Source of the DNA: Candidatus Coproplasma sp.
GTDB lineage: Bacteria; Bacillota; Clostridia; Christensenellales; Borkfalkiaceae
Length of the DNA stretch: 64,000 bases
Direction: 5' to 3'
Assembly (NCBI GenBank): GCA_051884135.1
Contig: JBJEVC010000003.1
Coordinates: 272-64,271, forward strand
The notes beneath the pieces were generated by a model. It was not told the DNA's origin and made no database searches. It saw only the letters and a program-made list of their open reading frames with translations. Position numbers and translations under genes: made by a program. Numbering within the stretch: the first letter of the stretch is position 1; the number at the start of each line of letters is the position of its first letter. Below are positions 1 to 8,013 of the stretch, in pieces.

Positions 1-943
1 CCGTCAGTTCAATATGCCCGTACAGCAGGTATCACAGCAGTTTGCGGCTATCACAATGGCGCTTGCAGGTGCGGAGCGTATCTTCGATATGATGGACGAA
101 AAGCCCGAAGACGAAGGCGGCGATATAACCTTAACTCACGGCGAAAGTGCAGAGGGCGAATGGGCTTGGAAGAAGCCCAACGCAGACGGAACGAGCGAAT
201 ATATTCCCTTAAAGGGCGATATTCGCTTCAACCACGTAACCTTCGGGTATAACGAAGACAAGGTTATTTTACACGATATATCCCTTTTCGCAAAGCCCGG
301 TCAGAAGATTGCCTTCGTCGGCTCTACGGGTGCAGGCAAGACGACTATAACCAACCTTATCAACAGGTTCTACGATATACAGTCGGGTGAAATCACCTAT
401 GACGGAATAAATATCCGTGATATCAAAAAGCAGGATTTAAGGCGTTCGCTCGGCATAGTATTGCAGGATACGCACCTGTTCACGGGTACGGTTATGGACA
501 ATATCCGCTACGGCAGGTTGGACGCTACCGACGAAGAGTGTATTAACGCAGCCCGTCTTGCAAATGCGCACAGCTTTATAGAGCATTTGCCCGAAGGCTA
601 TAACACCGTAATCAAGGGCGACGGCTCCAACCTTTCACAAGGTCAAAGGCAGTTGCTCGCCATTGCAAGGGCAATGGTCTCCCAGTGTCCCGTACTCATT
701 TTGGACGAAGCTACTTCTTCAATCGATACCCGTACCGAAAAGCTCATCGAGCAGGGCATGGATAAACTCATGGAGGGCAGAACGGTATTCGTAATCGCCC
801 ACAGACTATCCACCGTCCGCAACAGCCACGCAATAATGGTACTCGAACACGGCGTGATTATCGAAAGGGGCGACCACGAGCAGCTGTTGGAGCAGAAGGG
901 TAAGTACTACCAGCTCTATACAGGCGCATTCGAGCTTGATTAA
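1..943 (+). CDS. ABC transporter permease/ATP-binding protein, C-terminal part (5' end lies outside window)
   Basis: Frame is open from the window edge. Walker A GSTGAGKTT, ABC signature LSQGQRQLLAIARA, Walker B ILDEATSSID, H-loop IAHRLST. Confidence 0.9.
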   Translation, partial: RQFNMPVQQVSQQFAAITMALAGAERIFDMMDEKPEDEGGDITLTHGESAEGEWAWKKPNADGTSEYIPLKGDIRFNHVTFGYNEDKVILHDISLFAKPGQKIAFVGSTGAGKTTITNLINRFYDIQSGEITYDGINIRDIKKQDLRRSLGIVLQDTHLFTGTVMDNIRYGRLDATDEECINAARLANAHSFIEHLPEGYNTVIKGDGSNLSQGQRQLLAIARAMVSQCPVLILDEATSSIDTRTEKLIEQGMDKLMEGRTVFVIAHRLSTVRNSHAIMVLEHGVIIERGDHEQLLEQKGKYYQLYTGAFELD

Positions 944-963
944 TTTAAGAAAAGAAAAAAATT

Positions 964-1596
964 ATGAAAGACTACGACGGGCTTGTTGAGAGAGTAAGCA
1001 AGTTTATGTTCAGCGAAGAGACGTTTGCCCTTTATAAAAAGGCAAAGTCTATAGCCAATAAAGCAGTTGAATACGACCTGCCTACTTATTACACAAGGCA
1101 AACCGATTCTGCCTATATAATTGAAGGTATAAGTTCGCCTAAAAGGGATATCGAGATTATTGAATGTGACAGGGAAGATGCGGTTGTAGACGAAGGGATA
1201 GGGGCGTTTAGTTCTTTCCCTATGCTTATTCTCAACGTCCCCTTCGTGCCTACGAGAGTGCTTGACGAAACTTCAGTTCGTGGTCTGTTTATCGGTGAAA
1301 AGGTTAAAACAATTCAGTTGGATAGCCTTGCCCAACAGTGCAGGTTCTTGTACGTTGTAAGCTCTAATCCCAACTATTGTTCGGACAACAACGTAATTTA
1401 TACAAAGAATAAGAGCAGAATCGTTGCCTACGCAGGCTATAAACCCGAAGAGACTTTTGAAGTCGACGACTGCGTTAAGTCTATAGGCCGTTACGCTTTC
1501 TGGTTTACACCTTATTTAAAGAAGCTGATAATAGGCAAAAATATAGATTTGTCAGGCGTCCTTATAGACAAATACGTTGAAGTTATAAGAAAATAA
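964..1596 (+). CDS. hypothetical protein with a weak BspA-type leucine-rich-repeat-like C-terminus
   Basis: 210-aa ORF directly after the ABC gene. The IGRYAFWFTPYLKKLIIGKNI segment resembles the IGxxAF...L..I LRR unit. A terminator follows. Confidence 0.5.
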   Translation: MKDYDGLVERVSKFMFSEETFALYKKAKSIANKAVEYDLPTYYTRQTDSAYIIEGISSPKRDIEIIECDREDAVVDEGIGAFSSFPMLILNVPFVPTRVLDETSVRGLFIGEKVKTIQLDSLAQQCRFLYVVSSNPNYCSDNNVIYTKNKSRIVAYAGYKPEETFEVDDCVKSIGRYAFWFTPYLKKLIIGKNIDLSGVLIDKYVEVIRK

Positions 1597-1606
1597 TTTA
1601 TTAACC

Positions 1607-1637
1607 AAAGGGGTGTTCAATCACCCCTTTATTTTTT
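1607..1637 (+). terminator. Rho-independent terminator
   Basis: Stem aaaggggtg / caccccttt with a 6-nt loop, followed by a T-run. Confidence 0.8.
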
Positions 1638-1717
1638 ACTTAAATTATTAAATAAGTTATTAGACAACCTGTAAAAAACATACCTTATTAAACTGACTTG
1701 AAAGGAGCAAAACAGGT

Positions 1718-2422
1718 ATGATTTTTGACGTAGCGGGACTTTTACTTTCCAAAATTTTCTTCTTTACGGGGTTAGTTAAACCCAAGGGCAGCTTCCCCAA
1801 ACCGTTGGATGTGGAAGAAGAGAAAAAGTATCTTGCGCTTGCCAGACAGGGGGATAAAGAGGCAAAGGATATTTTAGTAAAGCACAATATGCGTCTGGTT
1901 GCCCACATAGTAAAAAAATACTCGGGTGCGGCTGACAACGACGATTTGATGTCGGTGGGGACGATAGGGCTTATTAAGGCAATAAACACCTATAACGAAG
2001 GCAAGGGCACCCAGCTTGCCACCTATACCGCAAGGTGTATAGAAAACGAAATATTAATGCTAATACGCTCCGGAAAGAAGCACCGCAACACGGTGTCCAT
2101 GAACGATGCGGTCGGCACAGACAAGGACGGTAACGAGCTTACCGTTATGGATTTGCTCGCCGAAAAGGAAGAGAGCGTCTTTTCTCAAGTGGAAAAGAAT
2201 ATGCAGAGGGAGAAGTTTGTCTACCTACTTAAGGGCTTTTTAAACTACAGGGAGTACACCATAATAAACCTGCGCTACGGGTTGGAAGACGGCTGCCCTA
2301 TGCCGCAGAGAGAAGTGGCGAAAAAGTTGGGTATTTCCCGTTCCTACGTCTCCAGAATAGAAAAAAAGGCTATAGAAAAGGCAAGGCAAAACCTGAATAA
2401 GCAAGATTTTTTCACCGATTGA
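1718..2422 (+). CDS. sigK: sporulation sigma factor SigK (pro-sigma-K, uninterrupted)
   Basis: AAGGAG RBS. Hydrophobic pro-sequence, then FPKPLDVEEEKKYL...HNMRLVAHIVKKY, ATYTARCIENEILM and GISRSYVSRIEKKA. This closely parallels the B. subtilis SigK motifs. Confidence 0.85.
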   Translation: MIFDVAGLLLSKIFFFTGLVKPKGSFPKPLDVEEEKKYLALARQGDKEAKDILVKHNMRLVAHIVKKYSGAADNDDLMSVGTIGLIKAINTYNEGKGTQLATYTARCIENEILMLIRSGKKHRNTVSMNDAVGTDKDGNELTVMDLLAEKEESVFSQVEKNMQREKFVYLLKGFLNYREYTIINLRYGLEDGCPMPQREVAKKLGISRSYVSRIEKKAIEKARQNLNKQDFFTD

Positions 2423-2492
2423 CTTTTTTTTATTGCCATTTTAATTGAATATTGTTATACTTAATCCGTTATCAATTTAATTTTGGTGGATT

Positions 2493-3680
2493 ATGGGAAT
2501 TTACGAAGAGTTAAGAGAAAGAGGTTTAATAGCACAGGTCACTGACGAAGAAGAGATAAGAGAGCTTATAAATAGGGGCGGTGCAAGGTTCTACATCGGC
2601 TTTGACCCCACGGCAGACAGTCTGCACGTCGGTCACTTTATGGCGCTCTGCCTTATGAAGAGATTGCAGATGGCTGGCAACAAGCCCATCGTTTTAATCG
2701 GCGGCGGCACCGGTTACGTCGGCGACCCTTCGGGCAGAACCGATTTAAGGGCAATGCTCACCCCTGAAATTATCGAGCATAACTGCCAGTGCTTCAAAAA
2801 GCAGATGGAGAGATTCATCGAGTTCGGCGAAGACAAGGCAATTATGGTCAACAACGCCGAGTGGCTTTTAAAACTCAACTATATAGAGCTGTTAAGGGAA
2901 GTGGGCGCTTGCTTCTCCGTCAATAATATGCTCCGTGCCGAGTGCTATAAACAGCGTATGGAGAAGGGGCTTTCCTTCCTTGAGTTCAACTATATGATAA
3001 TGCAGTCCTACGACTTCTATCACTTAAACGAAGCATACGGCTGTAACATGCAGTTCGGTGGTGACGACCAGTGGTCCAATATGCTCGGCGGTACCGAGCT
3101 TATCAGGAAGAAGACGGGTAAGGACGCATACGCAATGACCATCACGCTGCTACTCAACAGCGAAGGCAAGAAGATGGGCAAGACGGCAAAGGGTGCAGTC
3201 TGGCTTGACGAAAACAAGACTACCCCCTACGAGTTCTACCAGTATTGGCGTAACGTCGACGATGCGGACGTTGATAAGTGCTTAAAGATGTTGACCTTCA
3301 TCTCGCTTGAAGAGATTGCCGAAATGTCGAAGTGGGAGGACAGCCGTATTAACGAGAAGAAGGAAATTCTCGCATACGAGCTCACCAAGATGGTTCACGG
3401 CGAAGATAAGGCAAATGCGGCAAAGGCGCAGGCGAAAGCGGCGTTCGGCGGCAGCGTTGACGACTTGCCCGAAACCGAAATCAAGGTAGAAACGGCTACT
3501 ATTATTCCCGTATTGGTTGCGGCAAAAATCTGCTCTTCCAACGGCGAAGCCCGCAGGCTCATTCAGCAGGGCGGCGTGTCCATCAACAGCGATAAAGTAA
3601 CCGATATCAACGCCCCCGTTCAAAGCGGCGACGTCATTCACAAGGGCAAGAAGATTCACGTTAAAGTTAAGCTTGTATAA
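2493..3680 (+). CDS. tyrS: tyrosine--tRNA ligase
   Basis: Class I HIGH motif (LHVGH), KMSKS-type KMGKT, FYIGFDPTADSLH, C-terminal S4-like domain. Confidence 0.95.
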   Translation: MGIYEELRERGLIAQVTDEEEIRELINRGGARFYIGFDPTADSLHVGHFMALCLMKRLQMAGNKPIVLIGGGTGYVGDPSGRTDLRAMLTPEIIEHNCQCFKKQMERFIEFGEDKAIMVNNAEWLLKLNYIELLREVGACFSVNNMLRAECYKQRMEKGLSFLEFNYMIMQSYDFYHLNEAYGCNMQFGGDDQWSNMLGGTELIRKKTGKDAYAMTITLLLNSEGKKMGKTAKGAVWLDENKTTPYEFYQYWRNVDDADVDKCLKMLTFISLEEIAEMSKWEDSRINEKKEILAYELTKMVHGEDKANAAKAQAKAAFGGSVDDLPETEIKVETATIIPVLVAAKICSSNGEARRLIQQGGVSINSDKVTDINAPVQSGDVIHKGKKIHVKVKLV

Positions 3681-4310
3681 ATGGATAAATATTTATCGTT
3701 AAGCGGCAGGTACGTAACCGAAAAGGTAATTGAAAAATCACGCTTTATCGCAACTTCTTGTCACGTTGAAAGCGAAGAAGAAGCAAAGGCGTTCATCGAA
3801 GAGATGCGCAAGACCTACCGTGACGCAACCCACAACTGCTATGCCTATATTTCAGACGAAAAGGGCAACTTTATGCGCTTTTCGGACGACGGCGAACCGC
3901 AGGGAACGGCAGGTATGCCGATGCTCGAAGTGCTTAAAGCCAATGCTTTAAAGCAGACGGCAGTGGTGGTCACAAGGTACTTTGGCGGAATTAAGCTCGG
4001 CGCAGGCGGATTAGTCAGGGCATATTCAGGTGCCGTCGCCGAAAACGTAGCGCAGGCTAAAATGGTGTGCTATCAACCCTGCACGCAGAGCGAGTATATT
4101 GCCGACTACCCTGCAACCGACACTCTTTTAAGGTATTTTTCGGAGAACGACTGCTCGGTTGTGGATACAATCTATGCCGACAAGGTGCGTTTCATCGTCT
4201 CTGTCAAAACCGAGAACGTTCAAAGTTTTAATTCAGCTTTAGTCAACAAATTAAACGGCAGAATAGAAATCAACCCTTTAGGTGAATTTATTTTTCCGTT
4301 TGATATATAA
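3681..4310 (+). CDS. YigZ/IMPACT family protein
   Basis: KSRFIA, HNCYAY and DDGEPQGTAGMPML motifs typical of the IMPACT N-terminal domain. The start codon abuts the tyrS stop. Confidence 0.85.
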   Translation: MDKYLSLSGRYVTEKVIEKSRFIATSCHVESEEEAKAFIEEMRKTYRDATHNCYAYISDEKGNFMRFSDDGEPQGTAGMPMLEVLKANALKQTAVVVTRYFGGIKLGAGGLVRAYSGAVAENVAQAKMVCYQPCTQSEYIADYPATDTLLRYFSENDCSVVDTIYADKVRFIVSVKTENVQSFNSALVNKLNGRIEINPLGEFIFPFDI

Positions 4311-4330
4311 TTGAGATAGTAACAATAATA

Positions 4331-4367
4331 CCGCCGTGCGGCTTTGGCGCCGCACGGCGGTATTTTC
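4331..4367 (+). terminator. Rho-independent terminator
   Basis: 11-bp GC-rich stem ccgccgtgcgg / ccgcacggcgg followed by tattttc. Confidence 0.85.
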
Positions 4368-4446
4368 AATCCCTGTAATTATTTAAAAAAATCATTGACT
4401 AACAATCAATGAAATGTTAAACTTTATGTATTAAAGGGGTACACAA

Positions 4447-6051
4447 ATGGAAGAAAAATTGCGCTATCGCAACTATATAAAGGAAAATCGCACAGCAATC
4501 ATCGGGTTTTCTGTGTTGTCGTGCGTCGTTTCGATTTTGGCGGTTGCCTTTGCGTATATGACGAAATTTTTAATAGACTCGGCAACTCAAGGCAAGCCGT
4601 TCGTCATTTTTGCCGTAGTTACCGGCGTTTTAATAATAGCGGAAGTAGGTTTTAAATATCTCTATTCCTACCTTGTAAACCGCAAGATCTACCAAACCGA
4701 AAACGCCATAAAAAAGCAGGCCTTCCTTTCCTATCTTAAAAAGGATTACAGGGATGCGGAGAGAATAGAAGACGCAGACGTGTTAATGCGTTTAACGTCC
4801 GACTGCAGGATAATAGCGGAAGGAGTGATAACCTACGTTCCCGAATTCGTTGGCATGCTTACGAGAATAGTGGCGTCGCTTGCGATTTTATTTATAGTAG
4901 ACTGGCTGTTTGCAAGCTGTCTTTTAGGGGTGGGCATAATCGTCTATTTTGCCACGAAGCTACTCCGCCGCAGAAACAAAACGCTCCACAAAAATGCCCA
5001 GCAAGCAGAAGGGGAAGTACTTTCGTTCTATAAGGAAGGCATTTCCCACTCGTTTTTATTCAAGCTCTTCGGCAACGGCAAGTACGTCAACGAGCGTTGC
5101 GATGAAATACAGACAAAGTATCACACCGCCCGTATGCGCTATGCAAGCTTCAATATTTTCGTAAACACGGGCTTTCTGTTCTTTATGAGGGCTTCGTATC
5201 TCATTGCAATAATCTGGGCGGTATTAGTCATCGTTCAAGGCGGCAGTTGGGGCAACCTGTTTTTAATGGTTCAGCTCATTGCCCAAATCGAAGGTCCATT
5301 CAGCTCCATATCTGGTTTAATTCCCCAATACTACCGCACGTTAGGCAGTATAGAGCGTATTTTTGCGTTAGAAGGCAAGGAAGAAGCAACTCCCATTTCG
5401 ATAACGGAATTTAACTCACCTATAATAGTTGATAATATTTCGTTTTCTTACGATGACGGTCAAACCCCTTTGCAGAACCTTTCGCTCACGATAAACCCCC
5501 ACGATTTTATTGCGATAGTCGGCGGAAGCGGTTGCGGCAAATCGACCCTTTTAAAATGCATAATGGGAATGTACAAGCCATCGCAAGGCAGTGTAACTTT
5601 CGAAGGCAAGGACGTCAGCCTATGCAGTACCCTGTTCTCATACGTCCCCCAGGGCAACTTTTTAATTCCGGGCACGATTAAAGAAAATCTCTGCCTTTTC
5701 TCCCCCGAAGCTACCGATGACGAGATAGAAAAGGTATTGTCTTTAACGATGTTAACCGAAAAGATATCTTCACTCCCTGCGGGGCTAAACAGCTCGGTTT
5801 CCGACTTTGGCGCAGGTCTTTCGGAGGGTGAAGGTCAAAGGCTTTCAATCGCCCGTGCCCTGCTTGTCGACCGCCCCGTTCTAGTGTTGGACGAATGTAC
5901 TTCTGCCCTTGACGAAGTGACCGAAAAGGCGATAATCGAGAATATAGTTTCACTCGGCAAGACGGTGCTTCTCGTTTCGCATAAGTCGGGTGCAATAAGG
6001 TATGCAAGCAAAGTTTTCCGTCTTAAGAAAGAGCAAACGGAGGAACTATGA
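4447..6051 (+). CDS. fused TMD-NBD ABC exporter (no C39 peptidase domain)
   Basis: AAGGGG RBS. N-terminal half has multiple hydrophobic helices. Walker A GGSGCGKST, signature LSEGEGQRLSIARA, Walker B VLVLDECTSALD, H-loop LVSHK. Confidence 0.9.
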   Translation: MEEKLRYRNYIKENRTAIIGFSVLSCVVSILAVAFAYMTKFLIDSATQGKPFVIFAVVTGVLIIAEVGFKYLYSYLVNRKIYQTENAIKKQAFLSYLKKDYRDAERIEDADVLMRLTSDCRIIAEGVITYVPEFVGMLTRIVASLAILFIVDWLFASCLLGVGIIVYFATKLLRRRNKTLHKNAQQAEGEVLSFYKEGISHSFLFKLFGNGKYVNERCDEIQTKYHTARMRYASFNIFVNTGFLFFMRASYLIAIIWAVLVIVQGGSWGNLFLMVQLIAQIEGPFSSISGLIPQYYRTLGSIERIFALEGKEEATPISITEFNSPIIVDNISFSYDDGQTPLQNLSLTINPHDFIAIVGGSGCGKSTLLKCIMGMYKPSQGSVTFEGKDVSLCSTLFSYVPQGNFLIPGTIKENLCLFSPEATDDEIEKVLSLTMLTEKISSLPAGLNSSVSDFGAGLSEGEGQRLSIARALLVDRPVLVLDECTSALDEVTEKAIIENIVSLGKTVLLVSHKSGAIRYASKVFRLKKEQTEEL

Positions 6052-7130
6052 ATTTATTAATAAAAATCATTCGCTCCGTGTTAAACGGCGAAAAGCTCTC
6101 GGTAAAGATAGATAAAGAGCTTCTTGAGATAGCGAAATATCACAGCGTATCGGTATATTTATACCCCTGTATGGATCAGACCGTAACCGAAAAAGAAGTT
6201 GCGGATGAAGTAACGCAAATATATTTCACGGCGTTAAAGCGAGATTTGATTCAGCAGACCGAAAGGGCGGCAATTGAGGCACAGTTTGAAAAAGAGCAAG
6301 TGCCTTTCCTTGCGTTAAAGGGAATGGTAATGAAGTCTTTTTATCCCCAAACGCACCTGCGTACAATGGGCGATATGGACTATCTGATTCCGCCTGAAAG
6401 CTTTTCAAAGGCGTGTAAAATTCTGCACGAACAGGGCTATAAGGCTGAAGAGAATTGTGAACATCATTTAGGCTTCACCAAACCGCCGATAATGCTTATA
6501 GAACTGCACAGGCTTTTAATCACGCAGGACGATATGGGCAGGGCGCTACTTGAAAACGTGTTGACCCGTTGTACTCCCAAGCAGGGGTCGTCTTTCGCCC
6601 TTGAGATGACTGACGAAGATTTTTATCTTCACTTAATGCTCCATTTAATTAAGCATTACGTCTACGGCGGTACGGGCTTGCGCTCGTTTATCGACGTATA
6701 TATCTATTTAAAGGCAAAACCCAACCTTGACAGAGATTATCTTTCTGCTGCGTTTGAGCAAACGGTTTACGCAGACGTCATAGCCCTTGTAGAGCGGTTT
6801 GCAATAGACTTGTTCGACGGCAATCCTTTGGATGAAGAAGAGAAAGAGATGTGTGAAAGGGTAATTATGTCAGGCACATACGGCGTAATATCAAACACGT
6901 CTGAAAAGGAGCTTGCCCAATCGGGAAACTCCACGTTTAAAATAGTAATGCGCAAGCTCTTCCCCACGGTCAGGACGATGAAGGGGTGGTACCCGATACT
7001 TGGCAAGGGTGCAGGCATAATGCTTTTGCCCGTCTTCTATATTTGGCACCCTGTTTCAAGGGTGTTCAGGGTTAACAGCTACCGCCGCACCAAAGAGCTT
7101 ATGAAAGCAAAAAAGAAGAACAAAAAATAA
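6048..7130 (+). CDS. nucleotidyltransferase family protein (uncharacterised NTP_transf_5-like type)
   Basis: ATGA overlap with the ABC gene. Pol-beta-like motif LKGMVMKSFYPQTHLRTMGDMDYLI (G...D-x-D). Lys-rich C-terminus. Confidence 0.75.
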   Translation: MNLLIKIIRSVLNGEKLSVKIDKELLEIAKYHSVSVYLYPCMDQTVTEKEVADEVTQIYFTALKRDLIQQTERAAIEAQFEKEQVPFLALKGMVMKSFYPQTHLRTMGDMDYLIPPESFSKACKILHEQGYKAEENCEHHLGFTKPPIMLIELHRLLITQDDMGRALLENVLTRCTPKQGSSFALEMTDEDFYLHLMLHLIKHYVYGGTGLRSFIDVYIYLKAKPNLDRDYLSAAFEQTVYADVIALVERFAIDLFDGNPLDEEEKEMCERVIMSGTYGVISNTSEKELAQSGNSTFKIVMRKLFPTVRTMKGWYPILGKGAGIMLLPVFYIWHPVSRVFRVNSYRRTKELMKAKKKNKK

Positions 7131-7167
7131 ATTCCCTGCCGTTGTTGCGTAGGGGAATAATTAATCA

Positions 7168-7206
7168 CCGCCGCAGGGGCGAAAGGTCGCCCCTGCGGCG
7201 GTTTCT
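7168..7206 (+). terminator. Rho-independent terminator
   Basis: 15-bp stem ccgccgcaggggcga / tcgcccctgcggcgg with a 4-nt loop, then tttct. Confidence 0.85.
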
Positions 7207-7284
7207 GGTTAAAATTAACCACCGTAAAGAATTGATATTAATGCCAAAATAATTAATATATTTACAAAAATTTTACAAAAATTG

Positions 7285-7313
7285 TTGACATTATTCATCA
7301 ATAGTGTTAATAT
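7285..7313 (+). promoter_or_regulatory. sigma-A-type promoter upstream of the small peptide gene
   Basis: TTGACA (7285-7290), 17-nt spacer, TAATAT (7308-7313) preceded by TGT (extended -10-like). A direct repeat tttacaaaaa x2 lies at 7261-7281 just upstream. Confidence 0.65.
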
Positions 7314-7358
7314 GTTACATAATAATAATTTATAGTATGGGAAAGTAATGGCATATGC

Positions 7359-7412
7359 CATTGCACGGTTGCTGGCGCAACCGTGCAATGCCTTCTATTT
7401 GTTTTTATTTTT
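7359..7412 (+). terminator. intrinsic-terminator-like hairpin in the 5' leader of the peptide gene (possible attenuator or end of a short RNA)
   Basis: 14-bp stem cattgcacggttgc / gcaaccgtgcaatg, loop tggc, then a T-rich tract ccttctatttgtttttattttt. Preceded by the perfect palindrome aatggcatatgccatt (7347-7362), which shares 4 nt with the stem. Confidence 0.6.
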
Positions 7413-7438
7413 CCCAAAAATATGATAAGGAGAATGTT

Positions 7439-7588
7439 ATGGAAAAGAAAAAACTCTTTGTTGAGCCCGAAGTGGAAGTCGTTCGTTTTGACGAAAAGGA
7501 CGTCATTACTTACAGTGGGGAACCTTTCACGTCATCAGCTTCCTACGCCATTGACAGCATAAAGGATTTCTTTAATATAGGTGTTTAA
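7439..7588 (+). CDS. 49-aa peptide, candidate RiPP precursor (MEKKKLFVEPEVEVVRFDEKDVITYSGEPFTSSASYAIDSIKDFFNIGV)
   Basis: AAGGAGA RBS 5 nt upstream of the ATG at 7439. N-terminus has an F-x-x-P-x-V pattern like the Y-x-x-P-x-L leader motif bound by PqqD-like RREs. Located between the two enzyme arms. Confidence 0.6.
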   Translation: MEKKKLFVEPEVEVVRFDEKDVITYSGEPFTSSASYAIDSIKDFFNIGV

Positions 7589-7606
7589 TTATTAAGGATA
7601 TTTGCA

Positions 7607-7972
7607 ATGAGAAAAGGTAACTTAAAACGACTGCTTGTAATTGCGCTTGCACTCGCCCCTATGGCTTTTGCGGCGGCATGCGGTCAGCCAAACAATTCCA
7701 CTGCAGACGGTAACCCTTCAGACATAGTGGATGTTCCTACCGAAGAACCTTCTCAAGAACCTTCCGAAGGTGATCCGACTGAAGAAGATCCGACCGAGGA
7801 AGATCCTTCTCAAGATCCTTCCGAAGGAGATCCTGCTGAAGAAGAACCTTCTCAAGATCCTTCCGAAGGAGATCCTGCTGAAGAAGATTCTTCCGGTGAT
7901 ACGTCTGAAGATAAACCTACAAAACCGTCCCTTCCCGGCGGCTTGGTAGACGGTGGAAATTACGAGTTTTAA
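7607..7972 (+). CDS. acidic Pro/Glu/Asp/Ser-repeat lipoprotein
   Basis: Signal peptide with lipobox (LALAPMAFAAAC), then about three 14-aa EEPSQ[DE]PSEGDP[AT]E repeats. Confidence 0.75.
   Translation: MRKGNLKRLLVIALALAPMAFAAACGQPNNSTADGNPSDIVDVPTEEPSQEPSEGDPTEEDPTEEDPSQDPSEGDPAEEEPSQDPSEGDPAEEDSSGDTSEDKPTKPSLPGGLVDGGNYEF
7742..7890 (+). repeat. tandem ~42-bp coding repeats (about 3 units)
   Basis: The ccttctcaagatccttccgaaggagatcctgctgaagaagaa unit recurs with few changes. It generates spurious ORFs in other frames. Confidence 0.85.
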
Positions 7973-8013
7973 CGGGGAGCTTAACAAACTATAAATATTT
8001 GAGGGAAAATTAT

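Noticed and set aside
1718-2422. Checked sigK for interruption by a skin-like prophage element, as in B. subtilis and C. difficile.
   Set aside because: The reading frame is continuous from the pro-sequence through region 4.2. No recombinase or insertion is present.
2423-2492. Looked for a T-box riboswitch upstream of tyrS, the classic T-box-regulated gene in Firmicutes.
   Set aside because: The intergenic region is only 70 nt, with no specifier loop, T-box sequence or terminator/antiterminator. There is no room for a T-box leader. Absence noted but not pursued.
7355-7438. Longer 77-aa version of the peptide ORF starting at ATG 7355 (MPLHGCWRNRAMPSICFYFSQKYDKENV...).
   Set aside because: The extra codons are simply the terminator hairpin and its T-tract read in frame. 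No RBS precedes 7355, whereas a strong AAGGAGA sits 5 nt before ATG 7439.
7439-7588. Possibility that the 49-aa peptide is a true lasso peptide precursor.
   Set aside because: No Asn-synthetase-like cyclase or transglutaminase-like B2 protease is present in the window. The putative core also lacks an Asp/Glu at positions 7-9 for macrolactam formation. Only the leader style is lasso-like.
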